DNA of 64,000 nt. Source: an uncultured Acidobacteriota bacterium (lineage in GTDB: Bacteria > Acidobacteriota > Thermoanaerobaculia > Multivoradales > SZUA-115). Positions 13,450 through 25,926 of the stretch are shown here, piece by piece; positions within the stretch are counted from its first letter, which is position 1; the number at the start of each line of letters is the position of its first letter. The stretch is taken from NCBI GenBank assembly GCA_963805975.1, contig CAWDVR010000002.1:768001-832000 (forward strand), written 5' to 3'. The translations under genes and the position numbers were made by a program. The notes beneath the pieces were generated by a model that did not search any database, was not told the DNA's origin, and worked only from the letters and a program-made list of their open reading frames with translations.

Positions 13450-14148
13450 TCAGGTCCGGGGCGTGCCGGTCAGTGAGTCTTCCTGCACCCAGCCGTCGCG
13501 CAGGCGGATGATGCGGTGGCCGTAGCCGGCGTTCTCCTGCGAATGGGTGACCTGGACGATCGTCGTCCCTGCCTGGTTCAGGCGGGTGAAGAGCTCCATG
13601 ATCTCCCGCGCCTGCTCGCTGTGCAGGTTGCCGGTGGGCTCGTCGGCGAAGATCACCTTGGGGCTCATGATCACCGCCCGCGCCACGCCCACGAGCTGCT
13701 GCTGGCCGCCCGAGAGCTGGTTGGGGAAGAGATCTTTCTTGCCGACGATCGCGAAGCGGTCGAGGGTGTCGGCCACCAGGGCCTCGCGCTCGGTGCGCTT
13801 GATGTTGAGGTAGGAGAGCGGCACGTCCAGGTTCTCGGCCACGGTCAAGTTGTCGAGCAGGTGATAGCTCTGGAAGACGAAGCCGATGTTGCGCTTGCGC
13901 AGCTCGTTTCTCTCCTTCACCTTCAGGGCGTGGATCGGTTCGCCCGCGAAGAAGTACTCGCCCGTCCACTCGCCGTCGAGCATGCCGAGGATGTGGAGCA
14001 GCGTCGTCTTGCCGGCGCCCGAGGGACCCATGATGGTGACGAACTCGCCCTGCTCGATGCCCACGGTGATGCGCCGCAGCACGTAGGCCATGCCACGGCC
14101 GACCTGGTAGGCCTTCTCGACGTTCTTGAGCTCGATCATCGGTGCCAT
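13450..14148 (-). CDS. ABC transporter ATP-binding protein (LolD/MacB-type)
   Basis: GPSGAGKT, LSGGQQQ, FADEPTGNL, VTH. Confidence 0.93.
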   Translation of the reverse strand: MAPMIELKNVEKAYQVGRGMAYVLRRITVGIEQGEFVTIMGPSGAGKTTLLHILGMLDGEWTGEYFFAGEPIHALKVKERNELRKRNIGFVFQSYHLLDNLTVAENLDVPLSYLNIKRTEREALVADTLDRFAIVGKKDLFPNQLSGGQQQLVGVARAVIMSPKVIFADEPTGNLHSEQAREIMELFTRLNQAGTTIVQVTHSQENAGYGHRIIRLRDGWVQEDSLTGTPRT

Positions 14149-14228
14149 GGCGGGATCCTCGGGAATGAGAGCGAGGGCCCGAACCGCGGCGCAACGCGGT
14201 CCGGGCCTCGGGGCGGGACGTTTGGAGC

Positions 14229-14972
<744 letters not shown>

Positions 14973-15049
14973 AGTTTCCCTCGTTTATCAGTCGGATCGG
15001 TTACCTGACCTGTATAACGGCCGTCGCTCGACTTTGTTCCAGCAGCTCG

Positions 15050-16303
15050 TCACTTGAGCTGGATCACCTCGTGCTCGTCGTAGTTCGAGGTGTCCGAGAG
15101 GATCACCTGGTCGCCCTGCTGCAGGCCCTCCAGGATCTCGATCTCGTTGACCGACGCCCGCCCCAGCTTGACGAGCTGGCGCTGCGCCTCGCCGTCGGCC
15201 ATCACCTTGTACAGCTCGACGTCGCTGTTCGCCTGCCCAGAGGTCGGCCGCCCCATCTTGAGCACGTCGGAGAGGAGCGCGATCTCGATGATGCCCTCGA
15301 CCGAGAGGTCCGGCCTGGCGCCCTTGGGCAGCTCGCCGACGATCTCCACGTCCACCGTCACGGTGCCCTCCCGCACCGCCGGGTCGATGCGCTGGACCTT
15401 GCCCTCGACCACACCGTTCCTGGTGTCGATCTCGGCCCGCTGGCCGTTCAGGAGATCCTTGGCCTGGACCTGGGGAATCTGCAGCACGGCCTTGAGCCGG
15501 CTCGGGTTGGCGACCCGGGCGAGGCTGGCTCCCGGCTGCACGCGCTGCCCCACTTCGACCGGAACGTCCTGCAGCACGCCGGAGATCCCGGCCCGCACCT
15601 GGAGGCGGCTGATCAGGCTCTGGCGGAGCGCGTAGACGGCGCGCAGCTGCGCGACCTGCGTCTTCTGAGAGGCGATCTGCGCGACCACCGACTCGCGCTT
15701 CTTGGCCAGGCGCTGCACCTCGATCTGTGCCCGCTCGGCGAGCTGCTTTTCCCGAAGCTCGGCGCGCTTGAGCTCGATGGCCGGCGTCAGCCCCTCCTTG
15801 GCAAGCTCCTTCTGCGCCGCGGCGTCCAGCTTGGCCGACTCGTAGTCCGCCTGCACGCCGGCGGCCTCGGCCTGCTGGTTCAAGACCTCGCTCTCGAGGC
15901 GCACGGCGAGGTCCGTCGATTGCCCTTCGGCCACCTCGAGCGCCAGCCTGGCGTCGAGCTCCTGCTGCTCGAGCGTAGGGTTGGTGAGCTCGAGGATCAC
16001 GCTCTCGGGAGTCACCTCGGTGCCCGGCAGGATGACCTTCCTGCTCACCGTGCCGTCACTCTCGGCGGTGACCCACTGGATCTCTTCGGGCTGCAGCGTC
16101 CCCGGGCCACGCACCCGGAGCGGCATGTCCCCCCGCTCCACGGTGCCCAACCAGACCGTCTCACGCTCGACCGGGAAGGCACTGGCTTTCAAGGTCGACA
16201 GCCAGACGGTGATCAGGACGAGAGCCAGGAGGCCCGCTCCGCCCAACGCGATCTGCCGCTGCTTCTTTTTTTTCTTTTCTGACTCGTCGCGAGGCTTGTC
16301 CAT
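15050..16303 (-). CDS. Efflux periplasmic adaptor subunit (MacA/HlyD family)
   Basis: N-terminal TM anchor, coiled coil, lipoyl-like VRAGISGVL..VEVGQRV and C-terminal GL.QGDQVI. Confidence 0.9.
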   Translation of the reverse strand: MDKPRDESEKKKKKQRQIALGGAGLLALVLITVWLSTLKASAFPVERETVWLGTVERGDMPLRVRGPGTLQPEEIQWVTAESDGTVSRKVILPGTEVTPESVILELTNPTLEQQELDARLALEVAEGQSTDLAVRLESEVLNQQAEAAGVQADYESAKLDAAAQKELAKEGLTPAIELKRAELREKQLAERAQIEVQRLAKKRESVVAQIASQKTQVAQLRAVYALRQSLISRLQVRAGISGVLQDVPVEVGQRVQPGASLARVANPSRLKAVLQIPQVQAKDLLNGQRAEIDTRNGVVEGKVQRIDPAVREGTVTVDVEIVGELPKGARPDLSVEGIIEIALLSDVLKMGRPTSGQANSDVELYKVMADGEAQRQLVKLGRASVNEIEILEGLQQGDQVILSDTSNYDEHEVIQLK

Positions 16304-16368
16304 CGAGGCGACTCCTCTAACACCGATTGCGGCCCGAGCGACCGAAGTGCGGCGTGAAATTGCGGTGG

Positions 16369-16384
16369 TGCACCCATCATGCCA
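16369..16384 (-). promoter_or_regulatory. Sigma54 promoter of the adaptor/ABC operon
   Basis: Minus strand TGGCATGATGGGTGCA with GG-N10-GC spacing. Confidence 0.65.
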
Positions 16385-16467
16385 TTGGCAGACACATACG
16401 GGTAGAGCGCGGCGGAGTTGCGGAGCGCGTCCCAAACGGCCCAACGGGCAGGAAGATAACCTGTGAA

Positions 16468-16505
16468 CGTTCGCTTTCGGGATGCCGTCGTCCCAACAAC
16501 GGACA
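16468..16505. promoter_or_regulatory. Paired candidate upstream activator sites for the NtrC-family regulator
   Basis: CGTTCG-N5-GGGATG (16468-16484) and CGTCCC-N5-CGGACA (16489-16505; reverse complement TGTCCG-N5-GGGACG), 21 bp apart and about 85-120 bp upstream of the -24 box. Confidence 0.5.
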
Positions 16506-16579
16506 AGAAAGCCCCGAAGCGAGCGCGCCGGGCGGCCGCCGCTTCAGGGCTAGGGGTCGAGCCTCTGTTCTAGTCCGGC

Positions 16580-16927
16580 TTACGTTTCCAGCCCGCGAAA
16601 GAAGTTCTGCCGCAGCTTGTCGTTGAACTGGTGGTCGGTCAGCCGGTAGTAGATGGTCTGAGCGTCGCGGCGCGGTGCCACGAGACCGTAGGCACGGAGC
16701 TTCGACAGGTGCTGCGAAACCGCCGACACCGAGACGCCGAGCATCTCGGCCAAATCGCAGACGCACAGCTCTTTCATGTTCTCGAGCAGGTAGAGGAGCT
16801 TGAGCCGCGTCGCGTTGCCCGCCAAGTTGAGTAGGTCGGCTGCTTCTTCCAAGTCAGGGGAGACCTCCAGGTTCTGGCGGATCTGGGAGATCTCCTTCTG
16901 CGAAATGCTGGGACCCTCGGTCTTCAT
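16580..16927 (-). CDS. ArsR/SmtB family metalloregulator
   Basis: TRLKLLYLL, ELCVCDLA, VSQHLSKLR, IYYRL; strong RBS AGGAGGTG. Confidence 0.92.
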   Translation of the reverse strand: MKTEGPSISQKEISQIRQNLEVSPDLEEAADLLNLAGNATRLKLLYLLENMKELCVCDLAEMLGVSVSAVSQHLSKLRAYGLVAPRRDAQTIYYRLTDHQFNDKLRQNFFRGLET

Positions 16928-17238
16928 GCTCACCTCCTACGGTTGCCACGGGTTGAGGGGGTTGGGGCCCACGCCGCGGAGGGCGTGGGGTTCAAAAATG
17001 GCATCAAAAGCATAGGCATTTCGACTTCAATAGATCTACGCACAGGATACGAGAATCATTATACGCTGCTTTGCCTCGAATTTGCGAAACGCCAAAAAAA
17101 TTGAGGGCTCCTAAGCATGTAGTTGGTCGCCCGTAGGCCCTCGCTCCGAGCTTGCTTGCGCACAACTTGGAGCATGATTTCTTTAAGAACTGATTGTCTC
17201 CGGACCTGGTCCGTTTGTCAACCGGCGCTTGCCGCCGG

Positions 17239-19670
<2,432 letters not shown>

Positions 19671-19674
<4 letters not shown>

Positions 19675-21002
19675 TCCTCGCCCGTGGCTCCCCCATCGAG
19701 CGGCACCAGCAGCCCTTCGAGTCGCGCCGCGGCCTCGTGCAGTCGGCCGAGCGCCGCCAGGTGGTCGGCCTCGGCCTGAAACCACGTGCGCTGGGCCATC
19801 AACACTTGCGGATACGCGGCCATCATCGCCTGGTAACGCTCGAGATAGGCGCGGTATGCCTGCTCGGCCCGCGGCAGGATCCCTTCCCGGTAGACCGAGA
19901 CCATTCGGTGAGCCGAGCTGTACTCGGCCCAGACGTCGGCGAAGCGCCTCTCGAGCCCTCCCTCGAGCACCGTGACCTCGGCCCTGGCGCGGGCGGCTGC
20001 CGCCTCCGCCTCGGCGATCGAGCCCTGGCCGCGGTCGAAGAGCGGTAAGGGCACGCCGATCTCGAAGAACCCTTCCCAGCCCACGCGAGGCCCCTCGCGG
20101 ACCACCCTCTCCCGCCCCTGGAGCGCGCCCGCGGTGATCTCCAGGTTGGGCACCGCCCGCGCTCGCACCGCCGCCAAGTCTGCCTCGGCCACGGCCAGCC
20201 GAGCCAGGGCGCCGGCACGCTCGGGACTGTCTCGGAGCACGCGCGCGCGTACCGTGGCCTCGTCGAGCCCCGGGAGCGGCGCTAGGTCCTCGGACACGCG
20301 GGCGATCTGTCGCCGAGGCTCGCCGGCGGCAGCGGCCAGGCTCGCCAGGGCGGCCGTCAGCTCGGTGCGGGTAGTCTCCTCTGCCAGGGCCACGAGCTCG
20401 GCCTCGATCTCGGCGGCGGTAAGGTCCGACTCGTCCGCGACACCGGTGTTATAGAGCTGCCAGGCGATCTCGACCGCCTCGTCGGCGAGCCGCGAGAGCC
20501 GCGTCCGCGCGGCGAGCAGGCGCTGTGCCGTGGCTGCTCGGGCATACCCGACCCGTACCGCCGTCAGGGCCGCGAGCCTCGTCCTCTCGGCCTGGGCCTC
20601 GAGCTCGACCACGCGCGCCTCGGCGGCCTTGCGACCCTTGGCGAGCTTTCCCCCGAGAACGAGCTCCTGCTCGACGAAGAAGCCGTAGCGCGCCGTGTCT
20701 TCACGACCGGATTCGAGCGAGATGTCCTCACCCGCGACGCCCAGAGTCGGATTGGGCCATAGGCCGGCCTGCAACCGGGCCCCCCGACCGCCGCGCTCGG
20801 CTGCGGCAGCGGCCGCCAGCGCGGGATGGTTGTCGAGCACCAGCGATTCGAGCTCGGCGAGCGTGGTCACGGGTCCGGCCGGGGCCTCCACCGGCGCCGC
20901 CCGGGGTGCCGGGTGATGGTGCTCGTGCTGCGCCGTGGCCGTCTCTGTCGCGAAGGCCGCGATGCAGAGGACGGCCGCGGTGGTCCGCCCCCACCTGTTC
21001 AC
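19671..21002 (-). CDS. TolC/CzcC family outer-membrane efflux protein
   Basis: Signal peptide with [22 protein letters not shown]; GTG start overlaps the oxidase stop codon. Confidence 0.85.
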
Positions 21003-22306
21003 CGGCCACCGCCGTGCGAATGGCCTTCGTGCCCGCTCGCCGGCGGCGGCTCCACCGCCTCCGCCTTGAGGGCCAGGATGCGGTCGTACATCTCCGGCTC
21101 GAGCACCCGCACCAGGGTCATCATGCCCATCATGGCGCCCGTCCAGGTCGGCCTCAGGCCCAACGTCTCGGGCTTCTCGACCGCCTTGTCCATCGCCATG
21201 AACATGTCCTGCGGGTAGCCGGGCACGGTGCGCGCGTTCGGTGCGGGCGGGTGGAAAGACATCGCGTGCTCGGCGCCCGGCTCGGTGAGCGGTCCGACCA
21301 TCGTGGTCATGTGGTTCATCATGTGGTGCGGCAGGTGGCAGTGGAGCATCCAGTCGCCGGCGTGCCTGGCCTCGAACTCCACGTCCCGCGCCTGCGCCAC
21401 CCCCACGATCTCGGTGTTGCCCGGCTTCCACGCCGAGCGCGGGATGCGCCCGCCCTCCGTCCCCGTCACCCACCAGGTGTTGCCGTGGAGGTGGATGGGG
21501 TGGTGGTCCATGCCGAGGTTGATCATCCGGATCCGTACCCGCTCGCCCTTCTTGACCAGCATCGGTGTGGTCGCGGGCCCGGACTTGCCGTTGAAGGTCA
21601 GCCAGTTGAACTCCATGGCCAGGGTGTTGGGCGTCTGGTTGTTGGGCAGGATCGCCCACTCCTGGAGAGCGATGCCGAAGTCGCGCTGGCAGAGCGGCGC
21701 ATGAGGCCTGGCGGGATGGATGATGAAGAAGCCTAAGGCACCCATCATCTCCTGCATCGGAAAATGGGAGTGGTAGAAGAAGGTGCCGTTCTGCCGCACC
21801 GTGAACTCGTACACGTAGCGGCCGCCGGGGGCGATGGGGTCGACCCCCAGGCCCGGCACGCCGTCCTGCAGCATCGAGACCTCGAGGCCGTGCCAGTGGA
21901 CGGCGGTCTCTTCCGGCAGGTGGTTGTCGACCACGAAGCGCAGGCGGTCGCCCTCCACCACTTCGATCGTCGGCCCCGGCACCGAGCCGTTGTAGCCCCA
22001 GAGGTTGAACGGCTGGCGCCAGGGCAGAAACCGCTGCTTCACCACCTCGCAGCGGAGGTGAAACTCCTTGGCGCCGTCCACCCACCGCCACGGCAGCTTG
22101 GCCACGTCCGGCGTCTCGACCGGCACGTAACCGAGCTTGCTCGCGTCGGCGGCTTTGGGTGGCGGCGGATCAGAGGGTGCGGGGTGGTGGCCCTCGTGCT
22201 GCGGCTCCGCCTGCGCGAGGCCGCGGACGGTCGCCAGCCCGGCCGCAGCCAGCGCGCCGCCACGCAGGAAGTCGCGGCGGTTACTCTCTCGCCGGTTACT
22301 GGCCAC
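20999..22306 (-). CDS. Tat-exported two-domain multicopper oxidase
   Basis: RRDFL Tat motif, VHWHG, FYHSH, HPIHLHG, HCHLPHH; Met-rich tail. Confidence 0.92.
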   Translation of the reverse strand: MASNRRESNRRDFLRGGALAAAGLATVRGLAQAEPQHEGHHPAPSDPPPPKAADASKLGYVPVETPDVAKLPWRWVDGAKEFHLRCEVVKQRFLPWRQPFNLWGYNGSVPGPTIEVVEGDRLRFVVDNHLPEETAVHWHGLEVSMLQDGVPGLGVDPIAPGGRYVYEFTVRQNGTFFYHSHFPMQEMMGALGFFIIHPARPHAPLCQRDFGIALQEWAILPNNQTPNTLAMEFNWLTFNGKSGPATTPMLVKKGERVRIRMINLGMDHHPIHLHGNTWWVTGTEGGRIPRSAWKPGNTEIVGVAQARDVEFEARHAGDWMLHCHLPHHMMNHMTTMVGPLTEPGAEHAMSFHPPAPNARTVPGYPQDMFMAMDKAVEKPETLGLRPTWTGAMMGMMTLVRVLEPEMYDRILALKAEAVEPPPASGHEGHSHGGGR

Positions 22307-22703
22307 CCTTGCCGCCGGAGAGCGCCGCCGCGTACTCGTCGAAGGTCTTCTGGCTCTCGAAGTAGAAGACCGTGCCGTCCTCGAGCGCACCGATCACCGC
22401 CATGGCCTTGTCGACCGGCTTGCCGGTCACCGGATCGACGGCGCTACGGCTCGCCGCGTCCTTGGCCAGGCGCTCTTTGCACATCTCGCAGCAGCCGTAG
22501 TAGGTCTTGTGGTCGAACTCGACCGGGATCTGGTCCTTGCTGAACACCGCGTTGTTGACCATGCAGACCTTCTTGGCCTCGACGCGGGTGAGCTTGCCCT
22601 GCGCCGGCTGGGAGGCGGTGGCAGTGTCGGAAGCCGAGGCGGTCGTCGCCGCGAGCAGGCAGAAGACGAGCGAGGCTGCGAACAGAATGCGATGAGTCTT
22701 CAT
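22296..22703 (-). CDS. Exported YHS/TRASH-like metal-binding protein
   Basis: Signal peptide, VCMVNN, YYGCCEMC, DPVTGKPVDKA. Confidence 0.8.
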   Translation of the reverse strand: MKTHRILFAASLVFCLLAATTASASDTATASQPAQGKLTRVEAKKVCMVNNAVFSKDQIPVEFDHKTYYGCCEMCKERLAKDAASRSAVDPVTGKPVDKAMAVIGALEDGTVFYFESQKTFDEYAAALSGGKGGQ

Positions 22704-22843
22704 GGTGGAGCTCCTTCCGTTTGCATTTCCGATATTGGACATCCGGCCGCGGCAACACGCCGCGACCGACCGCGCGGAGCCGGAGCGCTCGCTGGCCGCC
22801 GGTGCCAGGACACGGCGGTGCCTCGCGCGCTCGTTGGAGCGCG

Positions 22844-23245
22844 CTAGATCAGGAAACTCGAGTGGAGGGTATAGAGGCCGTCGTCGGGCGGTGGAGCCGG
22901 ATCGCTGAGCAGATCCGCCTGGGGCAGCGGCCTCGAGGCCGGCAACGCCAGGCTCACGGCGCACGAAACCAGGGTTGGTAGCGGAAGCGGGGGCGCGAAG
23001 GCCGGCGTGGTCGCGACCGGCTCGGCCAGCGAGCCGCAGCAGCCGTCCACCGGGCCCGCCTGCGAGGTCGAGCCGCAGTCGTCCGCACTCGCTTCGCAGC
23101 AATCGTGCCCGCTGCAGCAATCCTCGGCCGGGGTAGGCATGCCGCAACTCACGCCGTGGCAGACGGGCGCCGCAGCCGACAGGACCCAGACCGCTGCGAG
23201 CAGCAGGAAAACCGAGGCGCGGACCCGGGGGCGAGAGGCCGTCAC
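22844..23245 (-). CDS. Cys-rich small protein heading the copper operon
   Basis: TM helix, CHGVSC..CCSGHDCC..CC, Pro-rich tail ending LYTLHSSFLI. Start uncertain. Confidence 0.55.
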   Translation of the reverse strand: MTASRPRVRASVFLLLAAVWVLSAAAPVCHGVSCGMPTPAEDCCSGHDCCEASADDCGSTSQAGPVDGCCGSLAEPVATTPAFAPPLPLPTLVSCAVSLALPASRPLPQADLLSDPAPPPDDGLYTLHSSFLI

Positions 23246-23326
23246 GCAGGGCAGTATACGCCTAGTCGCCGAGATGCAGTCGGCCGCAGATCCGTTCAGA
23301 GTCCGGTTCAATCGGCCGAAACGGCC

Positions 23327-23356
23327 TTGACGACATAGTCACCTGGTGACTACTAT
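23327..23356 (+). promoter_or_regulatory. vapBC promoter with palindromic operator
   Basis: -35 TTGACG (23327) and -10 TACTAT (23351); perfect inverted repeat TAGTCACC-T-GGTGACTA (23336-23352) spans the spacer. Confidence 0.75.
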
Positions 23357-23362
23357 CTGGCC

Positions 23363-23629
23363 ATGAAAACCGTCGGGGTCGCAGCTTTAAAGGCCAGACT
23401 GAGCGAGCACCTGCGCGAGGTCCAGCAAGGGGAGATCGTGACCGTTGTAGACCGCAAGACGCCGGTGGCACGGCTGGTGCCGTACGAGCGAGAGCTGCCG
23501 ACAGGGCTCAAGGTACGGATGCCCCTGCCGGGCAGTTTGCGGCCGGGCCAAGTACCGCTGCCGGCGCCGGTCGACCTCCCCTTCGACGTGGTCGAGCTCC
23601 TGCTCGAGGACCGCCGGAACGGACGTTGA
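23363..23629 (+). CDS. Phd/YefM-family antitoxin
   Basis: MKTVGVAALKARLSEHLREVQQGEIVTV...PVARLVP. Confidence 0.9.
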   Translation: MKTVGVAALKARLSEHLREVQQGEIVTVVDRKTPVARLVPYERELPTGLKVRMPLPGSLRPGQVPLPAPVDLPFDVVELLLEDRRNGR

Positions 23630-24042
23630 TCGTCTACCTCGACTCTTCCGTGGTGCTGCGCCGGCTGCTGGGCCAGCCTGGAGCCCTAGACTCCTGGGAA
23701 GCCATCGAGCGAGGCGTGGGGAGCGAGCTGGTGGAAGTGGAGTGCCTTCGCACCCTGGATCGGTTGTGGCTCTCAGGCTCCCTGATCAAAGAGACTCTGG
23801 TTGAGCTCCGCGAGGCCGTCTTTCGACTGACTGCCACCCTAGAGGTGGTGTCAGTCTCGCGACCGATCCTCAGCCGCGCAGCGCAGCCGATGCCGACCGC
23901 GTTGGCTACCCTGGACGCGGTCCATCTCGCGACCGCTCTCGCCTGGCAGGAGAACCTCGAGACCCAGCTCCTGATGGCGACCCACGACCAGGCGCTCGCC
24001 GCTGCCAGTCGCGCTTTTGGCTTGCGCGTGATCGGAGCCTGA
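23626..24042 (+). CDS. vapC: VapC-family PIN-domain toxin
   Basis: YLDSS, TLDAVHLATAL, ATHD; start overlaps the antitoxin stop codon. Confidence 0.88.
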   Translation: MIVYLDSSVVLRRLLGQPGALDSWEAIERGVGSELVEVECLRTLDRLWLSGSLIKETLVELREAVFRLTATLEVVSVSRPILSRAAQPMPTALATLDAVHLATALAWQENLETQLLMATHDQALAAASRAFGLRVIGA

Positions 24043-24095
24043 CGCCGGCGAGCAGCCTCACGCCAGGGGGCCGGTGCGCAGCAGGCTCAGGGCTC

Positions 24096-25925
24096 TCACC
24101 AGCCGCACACCCGTCCTCTGTTCTGCTCGTCGAGCCAGGTCTTGAGCGGCGCGAAGTAATCGAGGATCGCCGTGGCGTCCATCTGCCGCTCGCCGGAGAG
24201 CGCTTCGAGGGCCTCCGGCCAGGGCCGCGAGCTGCCCATGGCGAGCATCTTCTCGAGCTTCTCGCCGGCCGCTTTGTTGCCGTAGATCGAGCCGCGATGG
24301 AGCGGCCCCTGGCAGCCGGCCGTCGCGCAGAGCGCGCGGTGGAACTGGAACTGGAGGATGTCGGCGAGGAAGTAGCGCGTGTACGGCACGTTGCCCGGCA
24401 CATGGAACTTGGAGCCGGGGTCGAAGTCCGCTTCGCTCCTCGCCACCGGCGGCTCGATGCCCTGGTACTTGCGCACCAGCTCCCACCACGAGCGGTTGTA
24501 GTCGGCGGGCTTGATCTCGCCCGAGAACACCTTCCAGCGCCACTGGTCGATGAGCAGCCCGAAGGGCAGGAAGGCCACCTTGTCGAGCGCGCGCTGCATC
24601 AGGAGGCCGAGGTCCTTCGACGGATCGGGCTCGTTCGGGATCAGGCCGATGTCCTTGAGGTACTTGGGGGTCACCGACAGCGCGACGGTGTCGCCCACGG
24701 CCTCGTGGAAGCCGTCGTTGGCGCTGTCGCGATAGAGGTGCGGCTGGTGCTTGTAGGCGCGCTGGTAGAAGTTGTGCCCCAGCTCGTGATGGATGGTCGA
24801 GAAGTCCTCCTCGTCGATGCCGATGCACATCTTGATGCGCAGGTCGTCCTCGGCGTCGATGTCCCAGGCGCTCGCGTGGCAGATCACCTCGCGATCCGGC
24901 GGGCGCACGAACATCGAGCGTTCCCAGAAGGTCTGCGGCAGGGGATCGAAGCCCAGCGAGGTGAAGAAGCGCTCGCCGGAGCGCACCATCTCCTTCTCGT
25001 CGTACTTGGCGGCCCTGAGCGCCGCCGTCAGGTCGAAGCCGGGGTCGGCGTCGGCGGGCCCCACCAGCGAGTAGATGCCCTGCCAGTCCTGGGCCCACAT
25101 GTTGCCCAGGAGGTGGGCGGGGATCGGCCGGTCTGGCGGCACCAGCTTGGTGCCGTAGTGCTCGCCGAGCTTGGCCCGCACGTGGCAATGGAGAGCGTCG
25201 TAGAGCGGCTTGACCTGGCCCCACAGCCGGTCGAGCTCCGCCCCGAAGTCGTCCGGCGGCATGTCGTAGGCCGAGCGCCACAGGGCGCCGACGTCCGGGT
25301 AGCCCAGCTCGCGGGCGCCTTGGTTGGAGATCTGGACCAGGCGTTCGAACTCGGGCCGCATGGGCGGCGACACCGTGCGCCAGCCCACCCAGATGTCCTG
25401 GAGCTCGGCAGGGTCGCGGCCCTCCCACATCATGCGCTCCATGACGTCGAGCGTCAGGCACTCGCCGTTCGGCTTGCAGTACTTGCCACTCCCGAAGCGC
25501 GAGTTGAGGGAGGCGGCGAGACGCGCCAGCTCGGAGCCCAGGGCCGGGTCGGAAGGCGCCGGCAGGACGAGCCCGCGCTTCAGGATCTCGAGCTTGCGCC
25601 GCACGTCGTAGGGCAGCTCGAGCCCGTTGAAGCGCGCCGCCTGCTTGGCGATCTCGACGCCCGCCGCGGTCACGCGCTCGCTGGCGAGGGCGCCCAGGAT
25701 CTCGGTGTCGTGGGTGATGTGCGTCTCCTGCACCCAGGCGGCGCGCTGCGCCTCCTCCGCGAGGCCGGCCAGCCGCTTCTCCGCCGCCTCGGCGAAGGCC
25801 TGGGCCTCCTGGGCGGTGGGCGCCGGGGCGGCGCCCGCCTTCACCTTGTCTGCACCGAGAGCGGCCAACGCCGGCACCAGCGTCAGGCAGGCCGAGAGCA
25901 CCAAGAGAATCTGGAATCGGGTCAT
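24096..25925 (-). CDS. Peptidyl-dipeptidase A (ACE-like, M2 family metallopeptidase)
   Basis: PAHLLGNMWAQ, CHASAWD, HHELGH, GFHEAVGD; signal peptide. Confidence 0.95.
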   Translation of the reverse strand: MTRFQILLVLSACLTLVPALAALGADKVKAGAAPAPTAQEAQAFAEAAEKRLAGLAEEAQRAAWVQETHITHDTEILGALASERVTAAGVEIAKQAARFNGLELPYDVRRKLEILKRGLVLPAPSDPALGSELARLAASLNSRFGSGKYCKPNGECLTLDVMERMMWEGRDPAELQDIWVGWRTVSPPMRPEFERLVQISNQGARELGYPDVGALWRSAYDMPPDDFGAELDRLWGQVKPLYDALHCHVRAKLGEHYGTKLVPPDRPIPAHLLGNMWAQDWQGIYSLVGPADADPGFDLTAALRAAKYDEKEMVRSGERFFTSLGFDPLPQTFWERSMFVRPPDREVICHASAWDIDAEDDLRIKMCIGIDEEDFSTIHHELGHNFYQRAYKHQPHLYRDSANDGFHEAVGDTVALSVTPKYLKDIGLIPNEPDPSKDLGLLMQRALDKVAFLPFGLLIDQWRWKVFSGEIKPADYNRSWWELVRKYQGIEPPVARSEADFDPGSKFHVPGNVPYTRYFLADILQFQFHRALCATAGCQGPLHRGSIYGNKAAGEKLEKMLAMGSSRPWPEALEALSGERQMDATAILDYFAPLKTWLDEQNRGRVCGW

Positions 25926-25926
25926 T

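Noticed and set aside
16262-16280. A-AAA-AAG slippery-like sequence in the adaptor gene
   Set aside because: It encodes a Lys-rich stretch before the TM anchor. The gene is intact and no stimulatory structure was identified.
22272-22300. Duplicated SNRR motif in the oxidase Tat signal
   Set aside because: A minor 15-nt duplication with no evident functional consequence.
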